From the NCBI GenBank assembly GCA_964516585.1, contig CAZEXJ010000137.1:1-52841 (forward strand): a DNA stretch of 52,841 bases, written 5' to 3'. Numbering within the stretch: the stretch's first letter is position 1; each line of letters starts with the position of its first letter. Positions 28,301-38,310 of the stretch are shown here, in pieces. A program made the translations under genes and the position numbers. A model generated the notes under the pieces. It made no database searches. It worked only from the letters and a program-made list of their open reading frames with translations, and had not been told where the DNA came from. Origin of the DNA: an uncultured Alistipes sp. Lineage in GTDB: Bacteria > Bacteroidota > Bacteroidia > Bacteroidales > Rikenellaceae.

Positions 28301-29404
28301 ATGAGAAAATTATTTAATATAGCGATTCTGGCTCTTGCAGGTGCGACTTTCGCGTCGTGCGAACAGGAGCATATCGACGCTCAGTATCTCCCCGAGAATG
28401 TCACGGCTCCCGTTCTGGGCAATATCGCGGGCGGAGTGCTTACCGATGGCGGAGCCAACGTTACGATCGACTTCACGGAGGCCGACTACGGTATGCCGAC
28501 GGCTGTTTCGTATACGCTCTTCATCGATCTCGAAGGCAGCAACTTCGCTAACCAGCAGAAGGTGGCCGCCAATATCGCCGCAGGCAAAATCACTGTTTCG
28601 GCAAAGGATATGAATTCGGCCATTCTCAACGCCGGCGGTGAGAAGGAGGTTGAGGTCAATGTCGATTTCAAACTCGTGTCGTTCATGTGCACCGACAAGG
28701 GTGCGGCCAACGCTTCGACCAAGGCCGAGTCTAACGTGGTAAAGGCTGCGTTCACGACCTATAACACCGATATGCGTCCTGTCGACAAGTTCGCTCACGT
28801 ATGGGTTATCGGCGACTACTGCGGTTGGAGCCACGAGGCTTCGCAGTTCCTCTACGATTATAAGGATTCGGGAACCAAGTTCAGCGGCGTTATCGATTTC
28901 GCCGATAAGGCTGCCAACGGCTTCAAACTGACCGGTATCGGCGGTTGGGACGACTCTTGCAACTGGGGTCTCGACGGTGGCGCTGCGGCACCTGCGGCCG
29001 AGGCTGACGAGATTACTCTCATCTCTTCGGGCGGCAGCAGCGACATCAAGATCTACTCGAAGCGCTTCTACTGCTTCTCGTTCGACAAGTCGTCGTTGAA
29101 ACTCTCGAAGCTTTGGAGTGCCGATAAGATCGGTATCATCGGTCTGAACGGCGATTGGAGCACCGATATCGAGATGCAGTACAATGCTGCGCACACCCGA
29201 TTCTGGGCTGATATCGATGCCCCCGCTGCAACCGAGATGAAGTTCCGTGCCGACGGCGGTTGGGATCTCAACTGGGGTGTCGACTGTGCCAAGGGCGGTG
29301 GCAACATTCCTGTTGCAGCCGGTAAGTACCGTGTATATCTCAACCTCGGTGAGGAGACCTACGAGTTCGTTGAGAATATGTACGGAAAGGACGAGCCGAT
29401 GTAA
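28301..29404 (+). CDS. SusE/SusF-like surface starch-binding lipoprotein
   Basis: Lipobox 'FASC'. Trp-rich CBM-like repeats and 'KFRADGGWDLNWG...NIPVAAGKYRVYLN'. Follows susD. Confidence 0.8.
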   Translation: MRKLFNIAILALAGATFASCEQEHIDAQYLPENVTAPVLGNIAGGVLTDGGANVTIDFTEADYGMPTAVSYTLFIDLEGSNFANQQKVAANIAAGKITVSAKDMNSAILNAGGEKEVEVNVDFKLVSFMCTDKGAANASTKAESNVVKAAFTTYNTDMRPVDKFAHVWVIGDYCGWSHEASQFLYDYKDSGTKFSGVIDFADKAANGFKLTGIGGWDDSCNWGLDGGAAAPAAEADEITLISSGGSSDIKIYSKRFYCFSFDKSSLKLSKLWSADKIGIIGLNGDWSTDIEMQYNAAHTRFWADIDAPAATEMKFRADGGWDLNWGVDCAKGGGNIPVAAGKYRVYLNLGEETYEFVENMYGKDEPM

Positions 29405-29586
29405 TGCGACCTGTCGCCGATCGATCTTCTGCATCGATAGGCATCAAGGCTCCGAAGTTCGGAGCGATATTTGGCCGGAGGGTTTTGACCGATCCTCCGG
29501 CTCCTAAAAGAAGACCGTTGCACCCAATGCCAAGTGCGGCGGTTTTCGATGAAAGAACAAACATTAAAACCTAAAATTGCAAGATA

Positions 29587-31890
29587 ATGCCTATGAAACG
29601 TCTCTTCTCATGTGCCTTGATTCTGCTCTCGATGGCCATATTCGCTGTCGGCTGCGGAGGCGATGATACGTCGGACAAGCCCGCATCGGTGACGCTGTCG
29701 GCTGCACCATCATCGTTGGAGTTCGCTGCCGAGAGCTACTCTCAGAATATATCGGTTAGCTCGAATGCTGCCAAATGGATCGTTACGGTGGCCGACGCAT
29801 GGTGTCAGACCAATGTGACGACCGGATCGGGCGATCGCGACATCACCGTTACCGTGGCGGCCAATCCGGGCGACACGGCGCGCAGCACCACACTGACGAT
29901 TCGCGCCGACGGCGCCGCCGATGTGACGGTTGCGATCAATCAGTCGGCCGAGAGCGCCGGCGGCATCGAAATAGAACCCCAGCCCGATGAGTGGGACGGC
30001 GTGAAGCGTGCCGATGTCACCTATCAACTGCTCGTATACTCGTTCGCCGACTCCGACGGCGACGGCACAGGCGATTTCCGCGGCATCATATCGAAGCTCG
30101 ACTATCTCGACGAGCTTGGCGTATCGGCCGTATGGCTCTCTCCGGTGCACCCCGCGGCATCGTATCACGGTTACGACGTCAAGGACTACGAGGCATTGAA
30201 TCCGCAATACGGCACCGAGGCCGATTTCAAGGCGCTGATCGATGCGGCTCATGAACACGGCATCAAGATCTATATGGACTACGTCATCAACCACACCAGC
30301 AAGGATCATCCGTGGTTCCGCGATGCTGTCTCGAACGAGACCAGCCCCTATCGCGAATACTATGTGCTCTCCAACGATCCCAAGGCCGATATCGCCGCCG
30401 GAAAAATACCTATGATCGCCACCGAGGGGGCGGCCGGATACGATGCCGGCCAGTGGTTCCCTGCTGTTGTGCAAACCTCGACCGACCCGCAGAAAGTGAA
30501 ATTCACGCTCGAATGGTCGTCGTCGCCCACGCTCACCGTCGAGAAGGTCGACGTTGTGGAGAACACCGGCACGGCCGACAGCGGCAAGTACCTCTATTTC
30601 GGCGATCCGGCCGATTGCGTGGAGTTCTACTCTCAGGGCGGCAACACCTATACGCTGTCGTTGGAGATGTACTCGCCGTGGGGATGTCTGATACGCACCT
30701 CGAAGACCTCGTGGAATGCCGGTACGAAGTACGGAGCCAAGAGCGGCGCCAATACCCTGTCGTGGGGCGAGCCGTTGACGCTGATGTCGAACTCGGGAGG
30801 CGATCCGGCCGACATACTTATGCCGGACATGCAGTCGATAATGTATCACTCGCACTTCTGGACAAACTGGTTTGCCGATCTCGATTACGGAGCCGCAGCC
30901 GAGTGCGAGAACTCTCCGGCATTCAAGGCTATATGCCGTTCGGCCGAGAAGTGGATCGACATGGGTATCGACGGCCTGCGTTTAGACGGCGCAAAACATG
31001 TCTATCACAACGCTTCGTCGAATGAGAACCCCGTTTTCTGGAACAAGTTCTACACGACGCTCAACGAGTATTTCCACCGCACCCATACCGACGACATCTA
31101 CATGGTGGGCGAGGTATTCTCCGACTATAAGGAGGTGGCTCCCTACTATTACGGACTGCCTGCACTGTTCGAGTTCTCCTACTGGTATCGTTTGGAGTGG
31201 GCTTTGAACAACTCTACGGGCTGCTATTTCGCCAATGACATATTGTCTTATCGCGATCTCTACGCCTCGGTGCGCCCCGATTATATCGAGGCTACCAAAC
31301 TCACCAACCACGACGAAACCCGAGCCATGTCGGTATTGGGCGACTCGGCTAATAAGGCCAAATTGGCGGGCGCCGTGCTGCTCACCTCGTGCGGTTCACC
31401 TTACATCTACTATGGCGAGGAGTTAGGTTTCGTCGGCCGCAAGGATAACGGCGACGAGTATGTGCGCGCCCCGATGAAGTGGGGCGACAACACGACCACG
31501 ACGCTTATCGACAAGATATATACGGGTATGAACAATGTCAAGGATGTGCCGACGCAGAGCGCCGACGCAGAGTCGATACTCAACGTCTATCGCACATTCT
31601 CGCAGTTGCGCAACACCTATCCTGCTATGGCCACGGGCGAGATGAAGCGGCACCCCGTCTACAACGCCGACAACACGCAGTACAAACAGATCGCGGCGTG
31701 GTACCGCGAGCAGGACGGGGAGCGTATGCTCGTCATCCACAACTTCGCAGCTGCCGCGACGACCGTATCGGTCGACGATGCGATCGACCGTGCCGTGGCC
31801 GTGCTCAACTCGGTATCGGCCAACTACGGTTCGACGACCACTACGGTGCGTATGGGCGGCCATTCGTCGGTGGTATTCCTGTTGAAATAA
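29587..31890 (+). CDS. susG: SusG-like surface GH13 alpha-amylase with inserted CBM58-like module and N-terminal BACON domain
   Basis: Lipobox 'AVGC'. 'YQLLVYSFADSDGDG', 'SYHGYDV', 'VINHTS', 'GLRLDGAKH', 'VGEV', 'TNHD'. The insert between 'GQWF' and 'YHSHF' resembles recalled SusG. Confidence 0.85.
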   Translation: MPMKRLFSCALILLSMAIFAVGCGGDDTSDKPASVTLSAAPSSLEFAAESYSQNISVSSNAAKWIVTVADAWCQTNVTTGSGDRDITVTVAANPGDTARSTTLTIRADGAADVTVAINQSAESAGGIEIEPQPDEWDGVKRADVTYQLLVYSFADSDGDGTGDFRGIISKLDYLDELGVSAVWLSPVHPAASYHGYDVKDYEALNPQYGTEADFKALIDAAHEHGIKIYMDYVINHTSKDHPWFRDAVSNETSPYREYYVLSNDPKADIAAGKIPMIATEGAAGYDAGQWFPAVVQTSTDPQKVKFTLEWSSSPTLTVEKVDVVENTGTADSGKYLYFGDPADCVEFYSQGGNTYTLSLEMYSPWGCLIRTSKTSWNAGTKYGAKSGANTLSWGEPLTLMSNSGGDPADILMPDMQSIMYHSHFWTNWFADLDYGAAAECENSPAFKAICRSAEKWIDMGIDGLRLDGAKHVYHNASSNENPVFWNKFYTTLNEYFHRTHTDDIYMVGEVFSDYKEVAPYYYGLPALFEFSYWYRLEWALNNSTGCYFANDILSYRDLYASVRPDYIEATKLTNHDETRAMSVLGDSANKAKLAGAVLLTSCGSPYIYYGEELGFVGRKDNGDEYVRAPMKWGDNTTTTLIDKIYTGMNNVKDVPTQSADAESILNVYRTFSQLRNTYPAMATGEMKRHPVYNADNTQYKQIAAWYREQDGERMLVIHNFAAAATTVSVDDAIDRAVAVLNSVSANYGSTTTTVRMGGHSSVVFLLK

Positions 31891-31912
31891 TCTGCAAATC
31901 GATATTGCAACT

Positions 31913-33169
31913 ATGAAACGTCATATTGTCATCATCTTATCGGGCATGCTGCTCGCTGCGGCATGCTCGGGCGGCGATGAACCTGCGCCGCAGCCGACAC
32001 CCGAGCCTCCCACGCCCGACGAGCCGGTTCCCGCCGATACCCCTTTCTATAAGGGTACGACGATGTCGTTCGCAAACTATATGCAGGATGTGGGTTTGGT
32101 CTATCGCGAAGACGGCGTGCCGACCGATCCTTACGAGTCGGTCAAGCGTCACGGAGCCAACGTCGTGCGCCTGCAGCTCGACATGGTGCCTTTCGACGAC
32201 TACGAGGGGCATCGCATCGATTGGCAGAGCTATGATAGGGTAGTGGCCGATGCCAAGTGCGCCAAGGCTCAGGGACTCGATATAATACTTACGCTGAAAC
32301 CCGACTGCGACAGCTTCACGGCGACCTCTACAACGCATAACCTGCTGCCCGAGGCATGGCGCGGCAAGAGCGATGCGGAGGTCGGCAACGCTCTCTACGA
32401 CTGGGTTTTCGAATCGTTGTGCAAGTTGGCGGACGAGGGTATTCTGCCTGTGATTGTCGCTGTGGGCAATGAGGTCAATATCAACTTCCTTGCGCCCGAG
32501 GGCAGATACGATGCCGCGCGTACAGCCGCTCTGCTGCAACGCGGACATCAGGCCGTGCGCGACTATGCGGCGAAGTACAATCCTTCGGTGCTGAGCGCCG
32601 TGCATGTGGCCGACCCATCGAAGAGCGATTCGTTTATCTCGACGCTTAAAAATGCGGGTGCGACCGACTACGACATCGTAGCCATGTCGTATTATCCGGG
32701 TTCGGACATCGGTCACAAAATGGGCGCGTACAATTCGTTCAAGTCGCTGGCGTCGTACTTCAAGACGGCCTACGGCAAACGCATTATGGTGTTGGAGACG
32801 GCATATTCGTTTACCGACGGCTCGAAAAACGGCACCTATATGGGTGACTGGTGCAGCAATGCCTATAACTATCCCGATTGGAACGATGCCGCCAATGCTG
32901 CGAATTACACCCCCGCCAAACAGCGTGCATGGCTGCGCGCGCTGGCCGAGGATATCAAGTCGGGCGGCGGTGTAGGTTTGGTTACATGGGGCACGGAGTC
33001 GCTTCCCGACGAGGCGACGGGGCAGGCTGAGGGTCACGGCAAGGGACTCTATACCTATCCCGCAGCGTGGGGCTACGGCTCGACATGGGAGAACAACTCC
33101 TACTGGGATTTTACCGACGGCAACAACCTGCACGAGGGTATCGACTGGCAGCTCGACGTGGAGGAGTAG
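31913..33169 (+). CDS. GH53-like (clan GH-A) glycoside hydrolase lipoprotein
   Basis: Lipobox 'AAAC', Pro-rich linker, 'HGANVVRL', acid/base 'VGNE', 'MSYYP', nucleophile 'VLETAY', 'STWEN'. Confidence 0.7.
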   Translation: MKRHIVIILSGMLLAAACSGGDEPAPQPTPEPPTPDEPVPADTPFYKGTTMSFANYMQDVGLVYREDGVPTDPYESVKRHGANVVRLQLDMVPFDDYEGHRIDWQSYDRVVADAKCAKAQGLDIILTLKPDCDSFTATSTTHNLLPEAWRGKSDAEVGNALYDWVFESLCKLADEGILPVIVAVGNEVNINFLAPEGRYDAARTAALLQRGHQAVRDYAAKYNPSVLSAVHVADPSKSDSFISTLKNAGATDYDIVAMSYYPGSDIGHKMGAYNSFKSLASYFKTAYGKRIMVLETAYSFTDGSKNGTYMGDWCSNAYNYPDWNDAANAANYTPAKQRAWLRALAEDIKSGGGVGLVTWGTESLPDEATGQAEGHGKGLYTYPAAWGYGSTWENNSYWDFTDGNNLHEGIDWQLDVEE

Positions 33170-33248
33170 CCGGCGGCAGCTACGTGCGGTGAAGGCCGCA
33201 TTAAACAGAAAATAATTGCTGAAACTAAATAAACCTTTGATTTTTATT

Positions 33249-34601
33249 ATGAAGAAGTTCGCTTTATTCGCAGTCGTGGCCGCAATGCTGTTCGGCTGCG
33301 GTCGTCAGGCTGAAAATGCCGCGCAGGAACAGGTTTTCGACAAGTACAATTCGGTGGTTTACGAGCTTAACGTGCGTCAGGCTACGCCCGAGGGTACGTT
33401 TGCCGCTGCCGAGGAGTATCTGCCCGTGTTGAAGGATATGGGCGTGGACATCGTATGGCTGATGCCGATACATCCGATCGGAGTCGACGGCCGCAAGGGC
33501 ACGCTCGGCTCTTATTACTCGATCTCGGATTACGAAGCTGTAAATCCCGAGTTCGGTGATCTGGACTCGTTCGATCATTTTGTGGCACGCGCCCACGAAC
33601 TCGGTTTGAAAGTGATTATCGACTGGGTTGCCAACCACACTTCGCGCGATGCCAAGTGGTGGCGCGAGGGACATACCGACTGGTATGTGCTCGATGCTGA
33701 GACCGGTCTGCCGATCGTACAGTACGACTGGACTGATATCGCCAAACTCAACTACGACAATGCCGACATGCGCGAGGCTATGGCCTCGGCCATGCTGTTC
33801 TGGATCGAGCGCGGTATCGACGGTTTCCGTTGCGATGTGGCCTACGAGGTGCCTATCGACTTCTGGCAGCAGGTGTTCGTCCGCATCAAGGAGATCAACC
33901 CCGATGTATATCTGTTGGCCGAGGGTGAGAAGCCGTTCCTGCACGACAGGGCTTTCGATGCCTCGTATGGTTGGGAGCTGCACCACCTGATGAACGACAT
34001 GGCAAACGGCAAGAAGAGTGTCGCCGATCTGAAAGCCTATATCTCGGCCGATGCCGAAGCCTATCCCGCTCCGGCAATGCGCCTTATGTTCACCTCGAAC
34101 CATGACGAAAATTCGTGGAACGGCACCGAGTTCGAGCGTATGCACGATGCTGCCGCAACATTTGCCGCACTGACGTTCGTACTGCCGCAGGGACAGCCGC
34201 TCATCTACACCGGTCAGGAGATCGGCATGGATCACCGCTTGGAGTTCTTCGAGAAGGATGCGGTCGACGGGCTGCTCGACACCGGCCGCGGCGCGCAGTG
34301 GCGCAAGCTCTACACCGATCTGTGCCGCATGCGTCACGAGCATAAGGCTTTGGCCGCTGGCAGCAAGGTGGCGCCGGTCGTATATCTCGAAGGTGTGCCC
34401 GAATCGGTGTTGGCATTTACCCGCACAACGGAGGACGACACCGTATTCTGCCTGTTCAACTTCTCTGCCGACGTGCAGACGGTGACATTTACCGAGTCGG
34501 TGTCAGGCGATTATACGACCTGTGACGGCCGCTCGCAGAGCGTGTCGGCCGGCGAGACTCGCGAATTGCAGCCGTGGGAGTGGATCATCATGACCCGATA
34601 G
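33249..34601 (+). CDS. GH13 alpha-amylase-family lipoprotein
   Basis: Lipobox 'LFGC'. 'YELNVRQ', 'DWVANHTS', 'GFRCDVA', 'LAEG', 'SNHDENSW'. Confidence 0.9.
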   Translation: MKKFALFAVVAAMLFGCGRQAENAAQEQVFDKYNSVVYELNVRQATPEGTFAAAEEYLPVLKDMGVDIVWLMPIHPIGVDGRKGTLGSYYSISDYEAVNPEFGDLDSFDHFVARAHELGLKVIIDWVANHTSRDAKWWREGHTDWYVLDAETGLPIVQYDWTDIAKLNYDNADMREAMASAMLFWIERGIDGFRCDVAYEVPIDFWQQVFVRIKEINPDVYLLAEGEKPFLHDRAFDASYGWELHHLMNDMANGKKSVADLKAYISADAEAYPAPAMRLMFTSNHDENSWNGTEFERMHDAAATFAALTFVLPQGQPLIYTGQEIGMDHRLEFFEKDAVDGLLDTGRGAQWRKLYTDLCRMRHEHKALAAGSKVAPVVYLEGVPESVLAFTRTTEDDTVFCLFNFSADVQTVTFTESVSGDYTTCDGRSQSVSAGETRELQPWEWIIMTR

Positions 34602-34684
34602 CGGAGGTCGATTAGCGACGCCGACGGGTTGCGGCTTGCAATTAAAAGTTTATCTTTGCATCGGTTTTTATAAAGCGAGAAGTT

Positions 34685-35962
34685 ATGATACACCCTCAAT
34701 GGAGCTATTCGGCTGTGTTGTATGAAATGAACGTCCGTCAGTTGACGGCGGAGGGAACCCTGCGTGCGGCCATGGGTCGCTTGGAGTTCCTGCGTGAGTT
34801 GGGAGTGGATGTCGTATGGCTCATGCCTGTCTTTCCGATCGGTAAAGAGGGGCGCAAAGGATCGCTCGGATCGTTCTATTCGGTGGCCGACTATATGGCC
34901 GTCAATCCCGAATTGGGCGATATGGCCGATTTCGATGCCTTTGTGGCGCGCGCTCACAAATTAGGGATGAAGGTCATTATCGACTGGGTGGCCAACCACA
35001 CGGCGCGCGACGCACGGTGGATCGACGAGAAGCCTGCCGACTGGTATGAACGCGACGAAAAGGGCTTGCCGCGTGTACCGTGGGACTGGACTGATACGGC
35101 CAAACTCAACTTCGGCAACCGCGAGGTGTGGCGGGCGCAGATCGACGCCATGCGTTTCTGGGTCGAGCGTCACGCTGTCGACGGGTTCCGCTGCGATATG
35201 GCCATGCTCGTCCCGATAGAGTTCTGGCAGCAGGTATCGGCGGAGCTGCATGCAGTGCGCTCCGACCTGTTCCTGTTGGCCGAGGCCGAGGAGGACAACC
35301 TCTTCGACAGGGCTTTCGATGCAAGCTACCAGTGGGGCATACACCACCTGATGTGCGATGTGGCCAAGGGCACGCGCCGCGTGTGGGATTTGCGCAATGC
35401 CATTTACGCCGACATTGCCCGCTATCCCGCCGAGGCCATGCGCATGAGTTTCACATCGAACCACGACGAAAACTCGTGGAGCGGCTCGGAGTTCGAGCGA
35501 TTCGGCGATGCGTTGGAGGTGATGACGGCCTTCACATTCCTGATGCCCAAGACCATCCCGCTGATATACACGGGGCAGGAGGTGGGCTACGACCACTCGT
35601 TCGCGTTCTTCGAACACGATCCCATTACCGACTACCGTCCCACGCATCAGACCGAAGTCTACCGTCGTTTGATAAAACTCAAACATACCGAGGCGGCATT
35701 AGCCGCAGGCGAACGCGGCGGCGACATGGTCGAGATCGACAACAATGCCAAAGACTGCATGATGACGTTCGTGCGTGAGAGGGGGCGCAGCCGCGTGGTG
35801 GCCATACTCAACCTTTCGCCGTGGACGATCCATGCCGATTTCTCGACGGGCGGTTATGCCGGCGAGTATCGCGATGCGATGACGTGCGAGAACATCGTGC
35901 TGCCCGAGCACTTCGAGCGCGACATATTGCCATGGCACTACCAAATATTGATAAAACAATGA
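34685..35962 (+). CDS. GH13 alpha-amylase-family protein without signal peptide (paralogue of the upstream gene)
   Basis: 'YEMNVRQ', 'DWVANHTA', 'GFRCDMA', 'LAEA', 'SNHDENSW'. TATCTTTG at 34651-34658. Confidence 0.9.
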   Translation: MIHPQWSYSAVLYEMNVRQLTAEGTLRAAMGRLEFLRELGVDVVWLMPVFPIGKEGRKGSLGSFYSVADYMAVNPELGDMADFDAFVARAHKLGMKVIIDWVANHTARDARWIDEKPADWYERDEKGLPRVPWDWTDTAKLNFGNREVWRAQIDAMRFWVERHAVDGFRCDMAMLVPIEFWQQVSAELHAVRSDLFLLAEAEEDNLFDRAFDASYQWGIHHLMCDVAKGTRRVWDLRNAIYADIARYPAEAMRMSFTSNHDENSWSGSEFERFGDALEVMTAFTFLMPKTIPLIYTGQEVGYDHSFAFFEHDPITDYRPTHQTEVYRRLIKLKHTEAALAAGERGGDMVEIDNNAKDCMMTFVRERGRSRVVAILNLSPWTIHADFSTGGYAGEYRDAMTCENIVLPEHFERDILPWHYQILIKQ

Positions 35963-36061
35963 TGCGGAAATGACTCCGTCCTATCCGGCGGCCGCCGTGC
36001 CGCCGCCGGATAGGTGCGGGTCTGCGATAACATTTAACTGAAAACCAAATCTAACCTTGAT

Positions 36062-37930
36062 ATGAAACGTATAATGACTTTGATTGCCGCCGCTGCGCTT
36101 CTGCTGCCCGCGTCGGCTTTTGCGCGCAAGGTTGCATCGCCCGTGCGGCGTGTTGAACCTCTGTCGTGGTGGGTAGGCATGCAGACGCCGTTGCAGCTTA
36201 TGATACAGGGCGACGACATCGCCTCTTACGATGTGACCATACTGCCCGCCGGGCAGGGCGTGTCGGTGACAGCCGTACATAAGGCCGACAATGCCGATTA
36301 CCTCTTCGTCGACGTGGCTATCGCCGACGATGCCGCGGCAGGCGACTACATCATCAGACTCACCTCGGGCAAACGCCATTTCGACACGCCCTATCGCATC
36401 GATTCGCGCAGAGAAGACTCGGCAGCCCGCAAGGGCTTCACTACGGCCGACATGGTCTATCTGATCATGCCCGACCGCTTCGCCAACGGCGACGAGTCGA
36501 ACGACTCTACCGATGATACCGCCGAAAAGGCCGACCGCGCCAATTGGGGCGCCCGTCACGGCGGCGACCTGCAAGGCATAATCGATCACCTCGACTATAT
36601 CGCCGATCTGGGTGCCACGGCCGTGTGGTGTACGCCTCTGTTGGAGGATAACGAGCCTCGCGGCTCTTATCACGGCTACGCTTGCAGCGACTACTATCAT
36701 ATCGATTCGCGTTTCGGTACCAATGAGCTGTTCCGCCGCTATGTCGACGAGTGTCATGCCCGCGACCTGAAGGTGATAATGGACGTCGTGCCCAACCACA
36801 GCGCCACGTCGCACTGGTGGTACGGCAACGAGCCTTTCGAGGATTGGATTCACCGCTTCCCCGAGTACACCCAGTCCAACTGGACGTTCTCGACAAACAT
36901 GGATCCCAATGCCTCGCGCGCGGATCTCTATCAAATGGAGAGCGGCTGGTTCGACTCCTCTATGGCCGACATGAACCTCGACAATCCCTATCTGCTGCAA
37001 TACTTCAAGCAGTGGGGCGTATGGTGGATCGAGGCTATGAACCTCGACGGATTCCGCGTCGATACCTATCCCTACAACGAAAAGGAGCCGATGAGCGAGT
37101 GGTGTGCTGCCATACGTCGCGAATATCCCGATTTCAACATCGTCGGCGAAGTGTGGACATCGTCGATACCGCAACTCGCCTACTGGCAGGGCGACAATGA
37201 AAACAAGGACGGCTTCAACTCGCATCTGCCCTCTATAATGGACTTCCCGCTGCGCGATGCCGTTTGCGCCGCTTTGCAGGAGCATGGCGACAACCCCGAG
37301 TGGGGCAAGGGCATGACCCGCATCTACGATATTGTATCGCACGACTTCGTCTATCACGATCTCGGCCGCATGATGATCATGATGGCCAACCACGATACCG
37401 AGCGTGTAGGCGATGTTGTCGGTGGCGACGTGGCACGAATGAAAATATCTATGGCGCTGCTGGCCACCCTGCGCGGTATGCCGCAGATGTTCTCGGGCGA
37501 CGAGATGATGTTCCGCTCGCTCGACCCGGCCAAGGGACACCCCGCACTTCGTGTCGACTTCCCCGGCGGCTGGCAGGGCGATACGCTCAATCTGTTCGAC
37601 GCCTCTCAGCGCACAGGCGATGCCAAGGAGATGTTCGACTATACACACCGTCTGTTCAACTGGCGTAAGGGCAAACCGGTGATACACAACGGCCGCACAC
37701 TGCATTTCATCGACCGTGACAACACCTACGCCTACTTCCGCTATGACGACACCGACACCGTATTCGTCTTCATCAACAACACCGATCATGCCGTCACTGT
37801 TCCGTGGTCTCGTTACTCCGAGATCGCTTCTCGGCTCTCTTCTGTCGGCCGCGATGTCATCACTGGCGAGAGCGTCGACATGACATCGTGCACCGTAGAG
37901 GCTTCATCGGCGTTGATAGTGGAGTTCTGA
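36062..37930 (+). CDS. susA: SusA-like neopullulanase/cyclomaltodextrinase (GH13)
   Basis: Signal peptide. 'VEPLSWWVGM', 'YLIMPDRFANGD', 'HGGDLQG', 'SYHGYA', 'GFRVDTYPY', 'VGEVW', 'NHDT', 'DFPGGW'. Confidence 0.85.
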   Translation: MKRIMTLIAAAALLLPASAFARKVASPVRRVEPLSWWVGMQTPLQLMIQGDDIASYDVTILPAGQGVSVTAVHKADNADYLFVDVAIADDAAAGDYIIRLTSGKRHFDTPYRIDSRREDSAARKGFTTADMVYLIMPDRFANGDESNDSTDDTAEKADRANWGARHGGDLQGIIDHLDYIADLGATAVWCTPLLEDNEPRGSYHGYACSDYYHIDSRFGTNELFRRYVDECHARDLKVIMDVVPNHSATSHWWYGNEPFEDWIHRFPEYTQSNWTFSTNMDPNASRADLYQMESGWFDSSMADMNLDNPYLLQYFKQWGVWWIEAMNLDGFRVDTYPYNEKEPMSEWCAAIRREYPDFNIVGEVWTSSIPQLAYWQGDNENKDGFNSHLPSIMDFPLRDAVCAALQEHGDNPEWGKGMTRIYDIVSHDFVYHDLGRMMIMMANHDTERVGDVVGGDVARMKISMALLATLRGMPQMFSGDEMMFRSLDPAKGHPALRVDFPGGWQGDTLNLFDASQRTGDAKEMFDYTHRLFNWRKGKPVIHNGRTLHFIDRDNTYAYFRYDDTDTVFVFINNTDHAVTVPWSRYSEIASRLSSVGRDVITGESVDMTSCTVEASSALIVEF

Positions 37931-37939
37931 TTTTTCGTG

Positions 37940-38065
37940 ATTTTTCGTGAAAAAGGCGTCATTTCCTTCGCCTCGTTCAAATCCGCAAATGGGCAGTACG
38001 CCAAGTACAGCCCATCTGCGGATTTTTCACGTGCGGCTTGTAACTAACGCCTTTTGACGAAAAAT
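37940..38065. repeat. ~125-nt nested imperfect palindrome
   Basis: Outer arms 37940-37959 and 38047-38065. Inner arms 37979-37999 and 38005-38025. Confidence 0.7.
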
Positions 38066-38101
38066 TAGGTCGTGGTGCTTGGGAGACTATTTCCTCCGTT
38101 T

Positions 38102-38267
38102 TGTCATTCTGAGGAGCGTTTGAAAAACGCGACGTGAGAATCTCAACGCATGGGAGCATTTTCGTTTGAGATTGCCACGCCTCGTTGCACTCGGCTCGCA
38201 ATGACAGAGTACAACGCCCCGACATGTCATTCTGAGGAGTGTTCGAAGAACACGACGTGAGAATCTC
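38102..38267. repeat. REP/BIME-like repeat cluster 2 (A-B-A)
   Basis: A(+) 38102-38144, B(-) 38168-38206, A(+) 38225-38267. The B unit differs from the cluster 1 B unit by one base. Confidence 0.85.
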
Positions 38268-38310
38268 TTTTGTGGAAGGCGGAAAGGGGGCGATGTCGTG
38301 GGCAAAGGAA

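Noticed and set aside
35981..37789. Long antisense ORFs (this 602-aa one, also 41899..43506, 38915..40312, 31937..33133 and others)
   Set aside because: These are shadow frames of well-supported genes, expected with high GC at third codon positions. They carry no recognisable motifs.
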